The translations under genes were made by a program, and so were the position numbers. This document shows, piece by piece, positions 13,661-28,100 of a DNA stretch of 64,000 bases. Under the pieces are notes generated by a model that saw only the letters and a list, made by a program, of their open reading frames with translations, did no database searches and was not told the DNA's origin. Position 1 is the first letter of the stretch. Every line of letters begins with the position of its first letter. The stretch covers positions 78,337,836 to 78,401,835 of the forward strand of contig JAUZTB010000135.1 in the NCBI GenBank assembly GCA_034780895.1, in the 5' to 3' direction. The stretch comes from Rhynchobatus australiae. Its lineage: Eukaryota.

Positions 13661-16072
13661 GATGTTCATAACTGTAACAATTCTGTGCATTCAGCTGTAG
13701 CACAAAGGCTTCAGCATACTTTCTGAAATCTTCTATGGCCCACACAATAGCTGCAGTAAGTACCACGTTGTGCGATGACTTCATGGAGTGCAACACCCAA
13801 CTTTAACTGAACTGCAGAGGCCAAAGATAACTGCCAGAAATACCTATAGGGTTATGCAGTAAATAATGTATCTACATTGAAGTAAAGTCCCAATTGTGCC
13901 ATCAGCATTTTGTTAGCACAGTACAAAATTCCCGAATCATGCTCTGATAAGTGTTACCTTTGACTGACAACGCATCCACTCTTAGCTTGAAGCCTGGGTC
14001 TTTAGGCAGAATGAGGTACAATATTCCTATGACTGTATTCAGTGCCAGGAAATGCTTGGGTGGCTCAACAAACTGAGGAAAACCGGTCAGTTTAAATGTA
14101 CCAAAAATGCATTTCTGGACCAAAATGCAACCAAAATTTTCTGTATGATATTTTTCTGTGTGCTACAGGCAAGTAGACATTTACACCGAGCGCAGAACGA
14201 GAAACCTTATCTGGACGTCTGCTGAACAATAGACAGACTAACCATTTGTTTTCCATCATCCTTTTAAGAAGTCAGATCATCTGTGTATAATTCCAAATTC
14301 ACCACTTGTAGCTGCAAGGAAATTGTACCATGTAGCTTGGGCAGAAAGATTGTGCATTTTGCTATTAGAAGTCAGTAAGTTTAACTATTGATATGTTATC
14401 CTGGATGATTGAACTAATTTCACCTGTGCACCTTGAACACAGGATCTGACAACCAAGGAAAGCCATACTCTTCTGCTACGGATCCCAAAATCTTAAACTA
14501 TTGCCTATATTTTCCTACCATGAACAAACTGGCAATCTACCAGTTCTTACTGAAGAGCCCCGATTATGGCAATCTGTAGCTCTTGTCCTGTTTGTGCCCA
14601 TTTTTTTTCTGATTTGTAGTCAAATGTCATATATATCAAGATCTCCAGCATAAAATAGGGAGCTCAGATAGGTATTTGATACATTCAACAATGGCCAGGT
14701 TTTGGGATAACTGGTACATGCTTATACTCTGTTTGGAAAACTAAGCCTGTTACACAGAGCAGTGCCAGAGGACAAACATTGATTGATAAAGAAGGTACCT
14801 GGAAATTCAGTCCGGGTGATGAGTTTTGACCTGAAGCATCAAGAATTTCCTATCCCCACTGTGCCCTCCCCTACAGATGCTGCTCGACTCGCTGAGTTCC
14901 TCCAGCAGATTGTTTGTTGCTCCAGATTCCAACATCTGCAGATCCTTTGTGTCTACACTTGGAAATTCATCTCTGGGTGCTAGGGCTAAACACGCCATAT
15001 TGTTGTGCCTGTGCATTTCGCTCAATTTCCAAAATTCAGCCTTATTGTCCTTCAGACAGGGCAGATATGATTGATTGCTTCTCTTTATTCCTGATAGCCC
15101 TGAATTAGATTGCTGACAGTGATGCTTACTAGTCATAGTATCTCTAAACATGCCCTACCCATTGTAATAATAATTGAAACCTTAAAGAGTTAATTATATT
15201 TCTCCTTTTCAAAAAGTCTGTCACAATGGATTGATTAACAATTGTCCTGTCAGTCTTTTGATATTGTAAACATTTTTGATATCATCTCTGGAAGACTTCT
15301 GCTTGCAGGGGTTACTGAGTACAGTCGTGAGGGAATTCAGTGAAAAACTATAAAGGTAAATGATTCCACTCAGCCATGAATGTTAGTTCCGGCTTTACTT
15401 TATACATCCTGGATTGTGCATTTTGATTGGTGCTTGTCATCTTTTGGTATCTCTTGTAAGTAGGTGCCTCCATTTATAAGCAAACATTCATATAAACATA
15501 TTTCAGCCAGTTTACTAGACAGCTACAGGATGTGGAGTCCTTGAATTGTGTTGAGATTTTAGGTGACCTGTAGTAAAAAGAGAAAATTCTGAAGACAGCG
15601 GCAGCATTATAAAGAGAAACAGAGTTAATGTCTCGAATCAAAGACTGTACATCAGAAATGGGGATGACAGGAAAGAGATTAGTTTGAAATTGCAGAGAGG
15701 ATTGGGGAAAGATGCAGAGGCCAAAGAGAATGTCTCCAACAGGGTGTGGCCAGTGCAGACCATTTTCATATAATGACTGCAACACACAGGGTAGTGTAAC
15801 TTGGTCTGATGCAGGATGAGCTGACCTAGGCTTTTCTAATTGGGTGCAAAACTGAAATACATTGGCCTGCAAAATGGATTACACCGAGTTCAAAAGTCAG
15901 GCGGCAAGTATGCTCACATTCCGTGCTAGAGAGGCATCATTTGCTTGGGATGCACAGTAAGCATCCAAGATGCATACCAGAAAATGGCAAGAGACACATT
16001 GCAAATCCCAGTCAGGGCCCTAATTCTTCTTCCAGGCCCTTATGCCAAATTGGATTAGAACCATTGCAGCAT

Positions 16073-16366
16073 TTATTAAATTTCTTTATTATTCACATGT
16101 ACATCGAAACACACAGTGAAATGCATCTTTTGCATAGAATGTTCTGGGGGCAGCCCACAAGTGTCGCCACACTTCTGGTGCCAACATAGCATGCCCACAA
16201 CTTCCTAACCCGTACATCTTAGGAATGTGGGAGGAAACCAGAGCACCCAGAGGAATCCCATGCAGTCACGGGGAGAACATACAAACTCCTTATAGACAGT
16301 GGCCGGAATTGAACCCACGTTGCTGGCGCTGTAATAATGTTATGCTAACTGCTACACTACCATGCC
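16073..16366 (-). mobile_element. Near full-length V-SINE/HE1-like tRNA-derived SINE
   Basis: On the minus strand: A-box-like tagtgtagcagttagc, B box ggttcaattcc (16305-16315), core gtttgtatgttctccccgtgactgcatggg, and a LINE-like 3' tail. Confidence 0.85.
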
Positions 16367-18054
16367 TAGTGCATTTTATTGCTGTTCAGCAACCATACCA
16401 AGAATTTTTGAAGTAAACCCCAGAATCTGCCACCCAAAGTTTATAGTTTTTTGAAGCAGAAGCAAGCTCCATGTTAAAACTACAAACAATTAGTTCTCCT
16501 ACACTTCCCAACTCTGTCTGGATGTGAGCAGCCAATCTTGCTGTTCCCTCCCTATGTCCCAATGATGAGTAACATGCCTCTGGATCACAGTACTACCCCA
16601 GCATGCCAGTGATCCTAACACTAACTTCATTGGGAACATACTTAATTTTGGGAGGGTTATCCAAATTCTAGGCCATTGTATTCTGTTTCCGATTTAGGAA
16701 GGAGGTTACATGCCGATACAAGGACATTAAACAAACAGACTGAAAGGATAAAGGAAAAGTGGTTGTGCCGTCATCAAAGATTAGAGCTAAGTAAAGCTGC
16801 TAACAAGCCAATGTAAAGAAAATGTTTGGCTTATTTTCTGAATAGAAGGTGGGTCTTTGTATCATAAAGTAATATCTACTATTATTTCTGCCAGAATTAA
16901 CCTCAGGATCTGTCTGTTTGAAGAGAAAAACTTTTTTTTAGTGACTCCACAACCAGATTGACAACACTAGTAGCATTATCTCAGATCAGTAATCTTGATG
17001 ATAGCAAATGTCAGCTGGTTCAGGTGTCCAGAGCTTTGAAAGATAAAAAAAAAGTCACCCCAACCTCACTCGGGTTGGCTGGTGGCAATCACTATTTGCA
17101 AACACACTGATGAGAAAATAGATTCTAGCATTATTAACCTGCTGGGAAACAGTGCACATGTCCATTTATAAAGTCAAACATGCTTGGAACATTAGTGTTG
17201 TCATATTGTAAAAGCAGTAAATTTAGAAACATGGACTTTGTATGTTCTGACAATTTGTTTTGAAGTTAAAATGCATAGTGCAGATTTACCAAAATAAGGA
17301 AATTCTTCAACATCTATACGTGTAAAACATGTATTTTGTATAAAGCTATTGTACATTTGTTCCTCTGGAGGGGTAGGGTTGAAACCATGGCATTGTCTTT
17401 CTTGTCCCTTGGTTAGTTTGCAGGAGAATGTTTCAAGTGAATAAAGGAACTTACTGTCAGTGTGCATGACATAAGCCAAAACGATCAGTCTTATTACTCA
17501 AAATGCAACATTTAAGATTTGTAGTATGTGCACTGCATAAAGACATTAAGTAAGAATGGAAAATGCTGGAAATGCACAGCCAGTCTGTCAGCAACAGACA
17601 TCTGACTTTTCAGTGAAGACCAGTCTACTTTGTTTTGGTAAACATCCACTGTGCCTTGATGAAATGGGCTGGTGTGAAGTGACGGCATCAGAAGCTGTTC
17701 TAGCTATTGCTTCAGAATAATTTTTAAAATCCATAAATCATAACAGGAAGATATAACAAAACAAATTCCTATGGCGAGGTGTTGTTTGATTTTTAGCCAT
17801 TCCAATGTCAGTTAATGATATTTGTGGGAAGAGAANNNNNNNNNNNNNNNNNNNNNNNNNNNNNNNNNNNNNNNNNNNNNNNNNNNNNNNNNNNNNNNNN
17901 NNNNNNNNNNNNNNNNNNNNNNNNNNNNNNNNNNNTATCCCCCTATGTGACCTCACCTTAATCATATTGCCAAAAGGATTGTGAGCTCCAGAGTACTTCT
18001 CAATCTCAAGGGCAGTCATAATGGCAAGAAACCACACAGCATTTATATCTAGAG

Positions 18055-18590
18055 CAAAAAACAATGGAGAAACTCAGCATATTGGGCATTGACTATCCCT
18101 TTCCCTCTGCAGGTGCTGCCTGACCCACTAGGTTCCTCCAGCAGTTTGTTTTTTGGTCCAGATCCCATCACCTGCAATTTCTTGTGTCAGCATGATATCT
18201 ACTTAGATTAGTATCTGAGCAAGTCATTGGTATTTATAGAAGTCTTATTTCTCATTTTACCACAGAGTGTAAACTGCCATAATGGGACAGGTCCTAACTT
18301 GAGTACATAAAGCCTGTAATCAAATTCATTCTGATTCTGAAGTGAATTTCTTTAGTAAGTTAAAAACATAAGTGGACAGTATAACAAATGAAAATAAAAA
18401 AAACCTGCAGATACTGAAAATCTAAAACAGAGAATGTTGAAAATGCTCAGCAGGTCAAGCCACATGTGTAGGAAGGGAAACAGTTAATATTTCAGGTCGA
18501 AGACCCTTTGTCAGAACCGATGCAGTCCGGCCTGCTGGGTAGTTTCAGCATTTTCTGCTTTTATTCTAGATTCCCAGCATCTTAATTTTT
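18055..18590. repeat. Two further fold-back Penelope-like termini (about 18055-18190 and 18395-18585)
   Basis: ctcagca...tgacc/cctgctg...ccagcatct arms in inverted arrangement. Single arms also occur at about 5740-5860, 14805-14950, 23975-24090, 59700-59925 and 63885-64000. Confidence 0.7.
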
Positions 18591-18739
18591 TTTAAAAACT
18601 TTGTTAATTGTACTTCTGGATTCTGTGGAGCAAGTTAGGCAGGTACAGAGCAATCCAAATAGTGAGATAAATAAACTTGTAATTATAGAATTCCCACTGA
18701 CATGAGTTTACCTAATGAAAAATGTCAAGGTTAATATCA

Positions 18740-19062
18740 CAGTAAAATTCTGCTAATCCAGCATGCTTTGGGTTTTGGTGGTACTGGACTAGCAGATTCT
18801 CAGGACTATCGGATGTTACTCATATTAATACCCCCTCACACGTTGAATTCACTTTTTGTAGATGTTGCACAGTACTACAATATATTTTCCAGTAGTTTGT
18901 TGTTTCAAGGGAGCATAGAAAATTGGCCCTGAGTTTAAAGGGAGTGCAAGAACAAGAGCTCCAGTGAGTTTGAAGGGAGTAGGGAAAACATCACCTGGTG
19001 AGCCAGATGCTAAGCCATGGCATTTCTGAAGAGTCGGATAGTGGATTACCAGAGTTTTGCTG
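18740..19062. mobile_element. MITE with Tc1/mariner-pogo (Tigger)-like terminal inverted repeats
   Basis: Left end cagtaaaattctgctaatcca; right end reverse complement cagcaaaactctggtaatcca (18 of 21 identical); flanked on both sides by CA. Confidence 0.65.
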
Positions 19063-19859
19063 CATTTTGCCAAGAGTCCCAGAAAAGGAAAAAGAATGTG
19101 AGTAAAAGAAACCAAATTGATGTATTGGAAGGATCCTCTTTGGATTGTCTAGTTACACATCTAGGTGGTATTATGCCTCATTTGAAGATGGCCCCAAGTG
19201 ACAAAATAAACATTCCTTTTCTCTATACTTCCATTCTTCCATCTGATGAGCATAAAAAGAGCATCGTTGATTGCAGAATAACTGACAATAGGTTAAGTTA
19301 AGATTGATAAAGTTGCACATTTTGGCTTCTCAACCCACATACCATTTCCTGGATACCTGTTTAAACATGAGCTGGGTTTCTGTTTGTGCCAACAGGTTAA
19401 AAAAGGTAACTGATTGGAGATGGCATGAGAGTTACAGAGGCACCATTCCATTGAAATATGAAATCTGATGATATGCATGGTGTGGTTTTTAAATGTACCT
19501 GTTCCCCAAATGCATCAGTTGTGTGTACAATGACAATACTGGAAACCATGTAAGGTATGTTTTTAACAGTGCACACAGTTTTTTATCATATTTTTCTTAT
19601 GTATGTTGAATACCTGGTGTTCCTGGGATTGAATTTGCATTCCAGAAGTCCTGAGCATTAAAACCCATCCTAATAAATTGTGCCCTGCAAGTCTAGTCAT
19701 TTGTATGCTGACACCAGAAAAATTAACAAGGAAATTCAAGTAATTCATTGTTGCCTCAGAGTTTACTGGTAATGGCAGCTGTACCACATAGTTCTACAAA
19801 TATATTGAAACCAGATTAATACCTGCTGGTATCCCACTCTTATTGGCCCAGAATGAGGT

Positions 19860-20090
19860 AAAATGCATCATCTGCAGCCTTTTGTAGCCTCCACCTATCA
19901 CCTCCCAGCCTCTTTTGCTATTTCCACTCTTCCCTCCTCCTTCTGCCTCACCCCTTCTCATCTGGATCCACCTATCTTGCTAGCTCTTGCTCCACCCCTT
20001 CCTCCCACCTTTTTATACTGAGTATCATCCATCTATCTTTCAGTCCAGATGAGGGGTCTCAATCCAAAATGTCGACTGTCCATTTCTCGC
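19860..20090 (+). mobile_element. Penelope-like element 3'/terminal-repeat fragment
   Basis: Pyrimidine-rich tract followed by cagtccagatgaggggtctc...gtcgactgtccatttc; homologous to 50960-51180. Confidence 0.75.
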
Positions 20091-20522
20091 AATACATTAA
20101 ATATAAAACTGAAGGCCATAAAACTGCACTCCAGCTCCAGTTACTTCAGCAGTACCAGTGCAACAGCCTCCCCCACCCCAAACCTGGTCTCTTATGATCT
20201 AAGGGCTCCATAAGCCCACTTTTACCTGAATTCCGTTGGCCTCCTGACCTCACCAGGCCCTGCCCCCACATGTAGACACACTGTACTGGCTTCAGAGGCT
20301 TAAAAGACAGTGTTCCACAGGCAATCAGAAGGTTCCAAACTCAAAGATCATTTAGCTCACTGTAAATGCTGCACATCAATTTCTAGGCCACTGTAACTTT
20401 TGACTTTGCTATGTTCAAAAGGAGTAGTCATTATTGCTTAGCATCAGTGTTAAAACAAAATTTAATGTTAATCACACTTCAGAACAGATATTATTGAGGA
20501 ATTGCAATTAATTTTTTAGAAC

Positions 20523-20526
<4 letters not shown>

Positions 20527-20552
<26 letters not shown>
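20527..20552. repeat. (TG)n microsatellite
   Basis: Direct inspection of the sequence. Confidence 0.95.
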
Positions 20553-20554
<2 letters not shown>

Positions 20555-23500
20555 CATATTGTTAGAAAGAGTGAGGGGATGAGGCTTGAGGGTGGGTGTT
20601 GGTGGTATGTGGTGGTCAGTGGAAGCAAGGTAGCCTCAAATCCCAGTAAGATGATGGCAGATTTCTTCTGAACAGGCAGTGTTTCTGGGAATGTGCCCAG
20701 GGGGTCAGATGTTCATCAGTCTTGTGCAAATGTAAATGCATTCCCGATAAACTGCAAACTCCTGGGAGTTAGCACAAGAGGTTCCAAGGAAGCATAAATC
20801 TAAAAGAGCTGCTGCAATCTTGGCCCACAGATTTGCAAGGCTGTTTTTCCTTATTTTAGCTTGAGTATCATGACAAACATATTGCACCTGTACTAAGTCC
20901 AAAGATGTAGCACAAAACAATTAGACTTTGCTTCAGAAATAATAATTTGAAACCAGACCATACTGAATATGTATGAAAAATGTTTGTGGACATCCTCTCT
21001 TGTAACAATCACAGTAATATTTTGAAAGACTGCACAGATTACATTCATAAATTACTTCATGCACACATTTCTCAAAGTTTTGCGCAAGTCATGCACTACC
21101 GTTAAAAGATTTAGCCCATTTTACATGGAATATTAACTAAAGTACTCTTTATTCGATGCATAAACTAACAGTCCTGAAATTTGAACAGAAAATTTTCATA
21201 TGACACAGCATTTGACAGTATCTCAGAGTTCACATCACAGATGCCTGCAAATGGCTTCAGATTTTACTCCTATCTTAGCTGTTGACATGTATACACTTGA
21301 CTAATCTAATTCCACCCTTGTGTCTGAAGATATGAAATGTAGAACTATTATTTTGCCTGAGAGGTGGTTGATTTCCACTAGCAAACACTTTTTTAAATGA
21401 ATAATAATTAACAAAGTTTTGCTGAGGAATGAAAACATGCACAGCTGCTTCTGCAAGAGGCCAGAATTACTGAAGCTGAAGTTTGTTTAATGGAGAGACA
21501 ACCAAACATCACTGTCCACCAGAGTTCCTGTGCTCAAAACCATTTGTGACCTTCACAACATGGTCTCTGTTCTGAGGGAACATAATTCCTGGGACAGATC
21601 CACTCNNNNNNNNNNCTCAATGTTCTCAATAGATGAGGACATTCAAGCAAAGCATCACATCAAAGCACAGTACCATGACCAATGGGCTTCACAACAGCAT
21701 CCCTAAAATTTGCCTGCATTACCAGTGGAGATAATGCTCTAATGGGAATCTGCATTTCAGTAATATTAAGTCCCTCCTGCCTTCTCTGTACAGACTAAAA
21801 CATTGGCTTTTGTTAAAATTGCCCCTTTCTCCTTCAGTAAAGGTATTAGGTTTTATTGGAGTGCTGTAATATAGTCACTGTTACCAACAAGCTTTCATGT
21901 TAAAATCTAGAGTGTTTCAGCAAGCTACATTAGTGGAGAGAGCATAGCTGCAAAGCCTGATGTTGTCCTCAGCAGTTATTGTACATGAGTAATTTCCAGT
22001 AGGGATGATTGAATAATAATGAGAAACAGAAATCTTAGCACAGTCACAACTTCTGCTTTTCAAAGCAATCAAGATTCCTGTTTCTCATTATTATTCAGTG
22101 AACCAAATGTTATACTTTTCTGTCAAATGTGGGCTACTGTAGCCGAGACCTAACCATAAAATAATTTTTTTTGCTGGAGAAGTCACAAATGCCCACCACA
22201 TCTATTTATTAATTTGAACTATGGAAAATACCATATCTTTAGACCACTATAGATTAAAGGCACCAAAGTTATTTAAGATAAAACTATATGCAAATACAAA
22301 AGCTGGACAAGAGCTCTAAGCTGTCTTAGAAGAGTCATCAAACTCTCAGAAAGATTCACTAACATGACACAGATCAATATAGAAATTGGTGAATATCCTG
22401 AAAAAACATAATAACCAGTTCACTATGATAGGCCATTGAACATTTTGTCTGTAGGCCAACTATTGAGAAATTCACTAACACATGAGATCAAAAACATCAT
22501 GTGTTACTGAGTAAACATTGCACACTCAAAAACAGAGTGCAGTCCTGAGTTGCACATTACCACACATTCCCGGTTTTCCATGCATTAGCATGTCAGGCAT
22601 ATGGTGGATCCATTAGAAGTTTGGGGGATGAATTTACAGAATGCATTTGGGACAATTTTGTGGAACACTACATTCTAGAGTCAACAAGGGAACAGGCTAT
22701 CTTAGACATCTTGTACAATGAGGAATAACAACTCCACAAGGAAAGTGGCAAACTAAAAGGGATTAAGGGTAGTGTTGGATTAAAAGAAGAGTAGTAAACC
22801 TGAGAATTGGGAGGAGTTTTAGAAAGAGGCAATGTTTGATCAAAAAGTTGGTGAAGAGTTAAAAGAAAGAATGAGTGTAAGTTAGCATGAAATATGAAGA
22901 AAGATTTTCTAAAATCTTTCATAAATATGTAGAAAAGAAATAAGTAGGAAAAATATAGCTCCTGGAGAGACACAGATAGGAGAAGTTGTTACAAGGAAAA
23001 AATACAGCCAAGGCAATAAATAAATATATTTTCTAACCATTGCAGATGCCACAAGCCCCTGAAATTATGGTCTCTATTCAATGCTGCTAATAGAAATGGC
23101 TGCAGAGAAAGTGGATGTACTAATGATAATATTCCAGAATTCTCTATATGCTCCAAATCCTGTGGAATCAAGTATTGGGTACTTTCAACCCAAAAGTAGT
23201 TTTAATAAAACAACGTGCTCTGGAGCAGTGTGGTTTACTGTGGGTCTCCTTTAACTGGTCTCAATCCAGAACTGGGAACACGACTCAAAAATATTCCTCC
23301 TTAAGTTATTTATTCACTGGTTCTCCTTCAGGCCTCCAGCCTGTCCCCTGCCTCAGTACCATATCAAATCCAAGACTGAATCAACAAGTTTTGCAGTCTT
23401 CCCCCTCCTAACTATTGGTGTCATGTCTACACCAATCGATTATCCAAATTATTGAATCCCCTCTCTGTACCCAACCATCCACACATTAATTTCCCCAATA

Positions 23501-24099
23501 TCAAGCCTCAATTCAGTGAATGCAGCCCTCAGACCACTCCCACTTGCCATTGCAAGTTCTCCACACCCAAGCCCCCGTCCTCCACACCCCAGAGTGCAAA
23601 TCATAAACCTCCACCCAATCGTGATCGCAGGCTCTACCATCACTAATCACTGGCTTTCAAACTTTATCATACCTACCACTTCCAATGTAAAATTCTATAC
23701 CCTCACCATGTAGTCTCTGTTCCCCATGATCCCCAGATCATTCCCCATCCCACCCCACCCTGAGACCTACCTGTTTTCCTTCAAGCACTCTGCATTGGTA
23801 CAATGCTTAAGCAAAGGTATTAATTTGTACATGGCCAATTCTGAAGCCCTCAAAATCTTGAATACTACTGAATTTGCAAGTGGTAGGCCCATGAATAAAA
23901 TGGTTGTTGGCAGGTTGCACAGCAACAACCAATTAATGCACCTGTTATTTTTCAAACTGAATGTAAAGTATCTGAACCAAGAACAGAAATTGCTGGAAAT
24001 ACATAGCAGATCAGGCAGCATCTATGGAGAAAGAAATGGAGTTAACATTTCAGGTCATTTACTATTCATTAGAACTGGAAAAGTGAGAAATGTGAGTAA

Positions 24100-25190
24100 T
24101 GTTTCCAAGTTTGCTAGTGATACAAAGCTAGTGGAACCATGAACTTTGAGAAGAATACTAAGAGTTTCCAAAGGCATAGAGACAACAAGACAGAGTGGTT
24201 AAGTAAGTAGAAGATGGAGTAAAGTATGGGAAAAAGTGAAGTTATTCACTTTGGTCAAATTAGAAAACTAATGGCGAGAAACCAGTAAATGTTGATTATA
24301 TTGAAGGATCTTGATGTGGACTGTGTGCAGCTTGGGTCTCTGTATCTAAAGAAGTCTATAGTTGCTTTGGAATTGGTGCAGTATAGGTTCATTAAAGGAT
24401 TGTTTGAAGTAAAATTGAATAAGATTGGTCTTCAGACACTGGAATTTCGAACAATGGAAAGTGATCTCAGGTTGCAGTATTGTGAGAATAGGTATAGTAA
24501 ATGCAGAGAGATTGTTGGATTTAATGAGCAGTCTATAGGACCAAGAGGAAGAACAGTTTCTGTATTGGTAAATTGGTTTATTATTGTCACATGTACTGAG
24601 GTACAGTGAAAAACTTTGTTTTGCATGCCATCCACACAGATTATTTCATTACAACAATGCACTGAGGTAGTACAAGAGAAAGCAAGAACAGAATGCAGAA
24701 TAAAATGTTAGTTACAGGGAAAGTGCAGTGTAGGCAGATAATAAGATGCAAGGCTATAATGAGGTAGATTGTGAGGTCAAGAGTCCATCTTATTATACTA
24801 GGGGACCATTCAATAGTCTGATAACAGTGGGATAGAAGCTGTCCTTGTGCCTGGTGGCATGTACTTTCAGGCTTTTGTATCTTCTGCCTGATGGGAGAGG
24901 GGAGAAGAGAGAATGTCCAGGGTGTGTAAGGGTCGTTGATTATGTTCACTACTTTTCTGAGGCAGAAGAAATGTAGACAGAGTCCACGGAGAGTAGGCTA
25001 TTCACAGGACTGCCAATCTTTGGAATTCACTACCTCAGAGGGGTACGAATACACAGTTGCTGTGCATACTCAAGCATGAAATTAATAGATTTGTGGACAT
25101 TAATGAGAGAATATGGGAATTGGATGGTAAAATGGATGGCTAGGGGATCAACCATGATTCTTGTTGAACAGTGGAGCAGGCTCCAAATTG
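24100..25190 (+). mobile_element. Degenerate CR1 LINE interrupted by a Rex1/Babar insertion
   Basis: SKFASDTKL reverse-transcriptase motif remnant near 24105, gaagttattcactttgg, and after the insert ctttggaattcactacctcagagg. Confidence 0.7.
24563..25000 (-). mobile_element. Rex1/Babar-type LINE 3' end
   Basis: Tail attggtaaattggtttattattgtcacatgtactgagg; body is the reverse complement of 57060-57399. Confidence 0.8.
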
Positions 25191-28100
25191 GACCTAATCC
25201 AATCTCTATTCAATTCCTTCCTACACAAGATTTGAGTTAAATGTAACCGTACATTGAGCTGGAGAGGGAGCAGATTTCAATGAGGGCACCTTTAATAAAA
25301 TGCACATGTTTCACCTATTTCCTTGCTCCATGAACTGTCTACAGGAGTACATAGCTGAGCCCCTTCTGGAGGATTGAAATCAGAACACTTTCTGTAGACC
25401 TTAGCGGCATCAAAGAACTATGGAAAGTATAAAATATCTGTAGAATTGTGGTGAATGCCAGTGGAAATCAATCAGCAACTAACATGAAATTAGTTTAAAT
25501 AGCTCTGAAGGGACTTCTTCCTGCTGCTGAATGCAGAAAGAGCTTTGAACTCCAAATTGGTAGAGCAGTCATCCAAACAGCAGAACATGATTTCAAAATC
25601 TGCCCAATCTGTACATTTCTGTCATACATTATTTGCAGATGTGCTAACTCCCTCACTGTTTCGGCATTCAGCAGAACTCTGCCCACTAACCTGCATGAGC
25701 AGATTCTCATTTTCAAAGTGAAACAATATACAAAAGTCTTCAGTATGCATCTAGGAAAAGGATAACATAGATAATGAATGACATAATGTCAAATTGTTTA
25801 TTTTTTGAATAACGAAGTTAGATATTGGACTTCCTTCTGAAAATAAAAAAAAGCATTTTATTATGGGATTATTCATTGTTAATTAATGGGTAAATAGTTC
25901 TCCTTGATGGTGTGTTTAAATTTCTGTAGCTGAAAAATAATCACTAGCAACACNNNNNNNNNNNNNNNNNNNNNNNNNNNNNNNNNNNNNNNNNNNNNNN
26001 NNNNNNNNNNNNNNNNNNNNNNNNNNNNNNNNNNNNNNNNNNNNNNNNNNNNNNNNNNNNNNNNNNNNNNNNNNNNNNNNNNNNNNNNNNNNNNNNNNNN
26101 NTTAACTAAGCAAAGACAGACACTCACAAAAGACTTAATGAACATATCCCAGTTTATCAATATAAATGAGGTAATCTACAGTATGAGAGGTAGAAAAGAC
26201 ACTAAACCATAACCTCCATTTAGTTTTGTTGAATTAATTTTGGAAAATACTTTCTCCTCCATGTAATTTGGTATGAATATGATTACTTGGAGGAAGTGCA
26301 TTCTTTTATTCCTTATTAAAACATTCATAATTTCATTGTTTCCCTACTTTAGAGGTGTAATATTATATAGCAAAATATAAACATAATGTAATCTGCAGAA
26401 AACCTCTTCATAAGTTTAGGAGCATAATATACTTCATGTTATTCTTAGAGTGAGTCTATACATCTCTCGCTGTACATGATCCAGAGTCAGCATAGACATT
26501 GAAGGGCTTGCAAGGTTCAGAGAGTACTGGTCCCAACTATTAAAATAATGATTGTTGTTATTTGCTTAACAATGCCCTCAGGAGGGATGGGGCTAAGTAA
26601 TTGCAGACAGATTTAGCAAATTTCCTGCTCTTGTTGAGCGTCAATCCTGTTGTGTTTATTTAATTTTAATCTAATCTCACCCTAAAGAAAAATATCTAGC
26701 TTGAATCTTTTTCCCACCATGAACATTGTAAGTGCATTTTTTAAAAAAAATCTTCACCTTTCTTTTCAGCATCTCCCACTTGCTTACACTGTTGAGTTCA
26801 ATACAATGTAATAATTATATCCCATTGCCTTGATAAGGCAGGGTGCATTAATATAGAAAGTAGAAAGAAAGTAATGTGCTTTTAAAATACACTAACTGGA
26901 AGAAATGCAAAATTAATGAACAAAAACTGAAAGTGTTGGGCAACTTTGTTGGCAAAAATTGTGAGTGTCAGAATTCAATAAAGTATATCCTAAAATATAG
27001 TTCATGCCAAAAAACATGTTTTTAATCTCTGCCAATTCCACCTTCCGGTAGAAATTCTTGGAAAAAAAAGGAAGCTGCTCCATTCAATATATATGGAAGG
27101 CCAATATTATTTTATTAACAGGATTTCATAGGTAGTTAGTCAAATTTTGAACCATGATGTGCTATGGTAAGATATCTCTCTACACAATACTTGCATTTCT
27201 AATTTGGCAGTGTGACTAATCAGATGTTTGCTAATTCTTGAGTTCCCTCTTATAGTGCAACTATGTTTATATAAAAGTAGAAATCTCTTGAATTTCAATC
27301 CAAAACAGAACTGGCTTCAGGTCAGATCAGATGGATAAAATCTTTTAAATCTCGTACATGAACCCAACGTACATTAAGCCTGCCAGATTCCATTTTTAAT
27401 GAATTTGGTATTTAAATATTTTATTGAGTCTGTACCTCACATTTAGTTCCCATCTTAGATTTAACCCCGTGTGGCCTGACTTTCTAAGCCTTGAAAAAAC
27501 ACAGCAGGCAAGGACTGCTGCAAGGAGAGGCAAGTGCTTTCTAGCCAAACTCACTTTGTTTCCTCTCCATGAGTTTTTTCACCTTGCAATTTTATCACCA
27601 CTTCCCCTGCCCTCAACCACTCGTTTGTCACTCTCCCATTCTCATTCTTGTCTTACCTCCTGCTCACACTTCATTTCTTCTTCATCCCCGCCCCAACCTT
27701 AGCCTGCTCTGCCCCACAGTTTGGAAGAGCCATCCTGATAAAATTGTAGTCCACATGAACTGTTTAAATCTTATTTGCAACTTGCCAATATGTTCATATT
27801 ATCTCTATTAATGTATCATTTAATCATTTGTTTGGTTTCAGTTGCAACTTTGACAAAACTTATGTAATTGTTTTTTTTGAATGTTGTGCTTGTGAACCCT
27901 TCACTGATATTGGACAACTGCATAGCACCACTGCCAACAGTTTCAAGAAAGAATTTTTGGTGAGGACACAGGCTTACAGATTGGATTGATATGTCTTTTT
28001 GCACAATTTGCTTAAAGTATATATTTATTTCTTTGAATTTAAACTTTACCATTGAAAATTGAAAGAGGTAATTAAACTAAGATCCTTACAACCAAACAAG

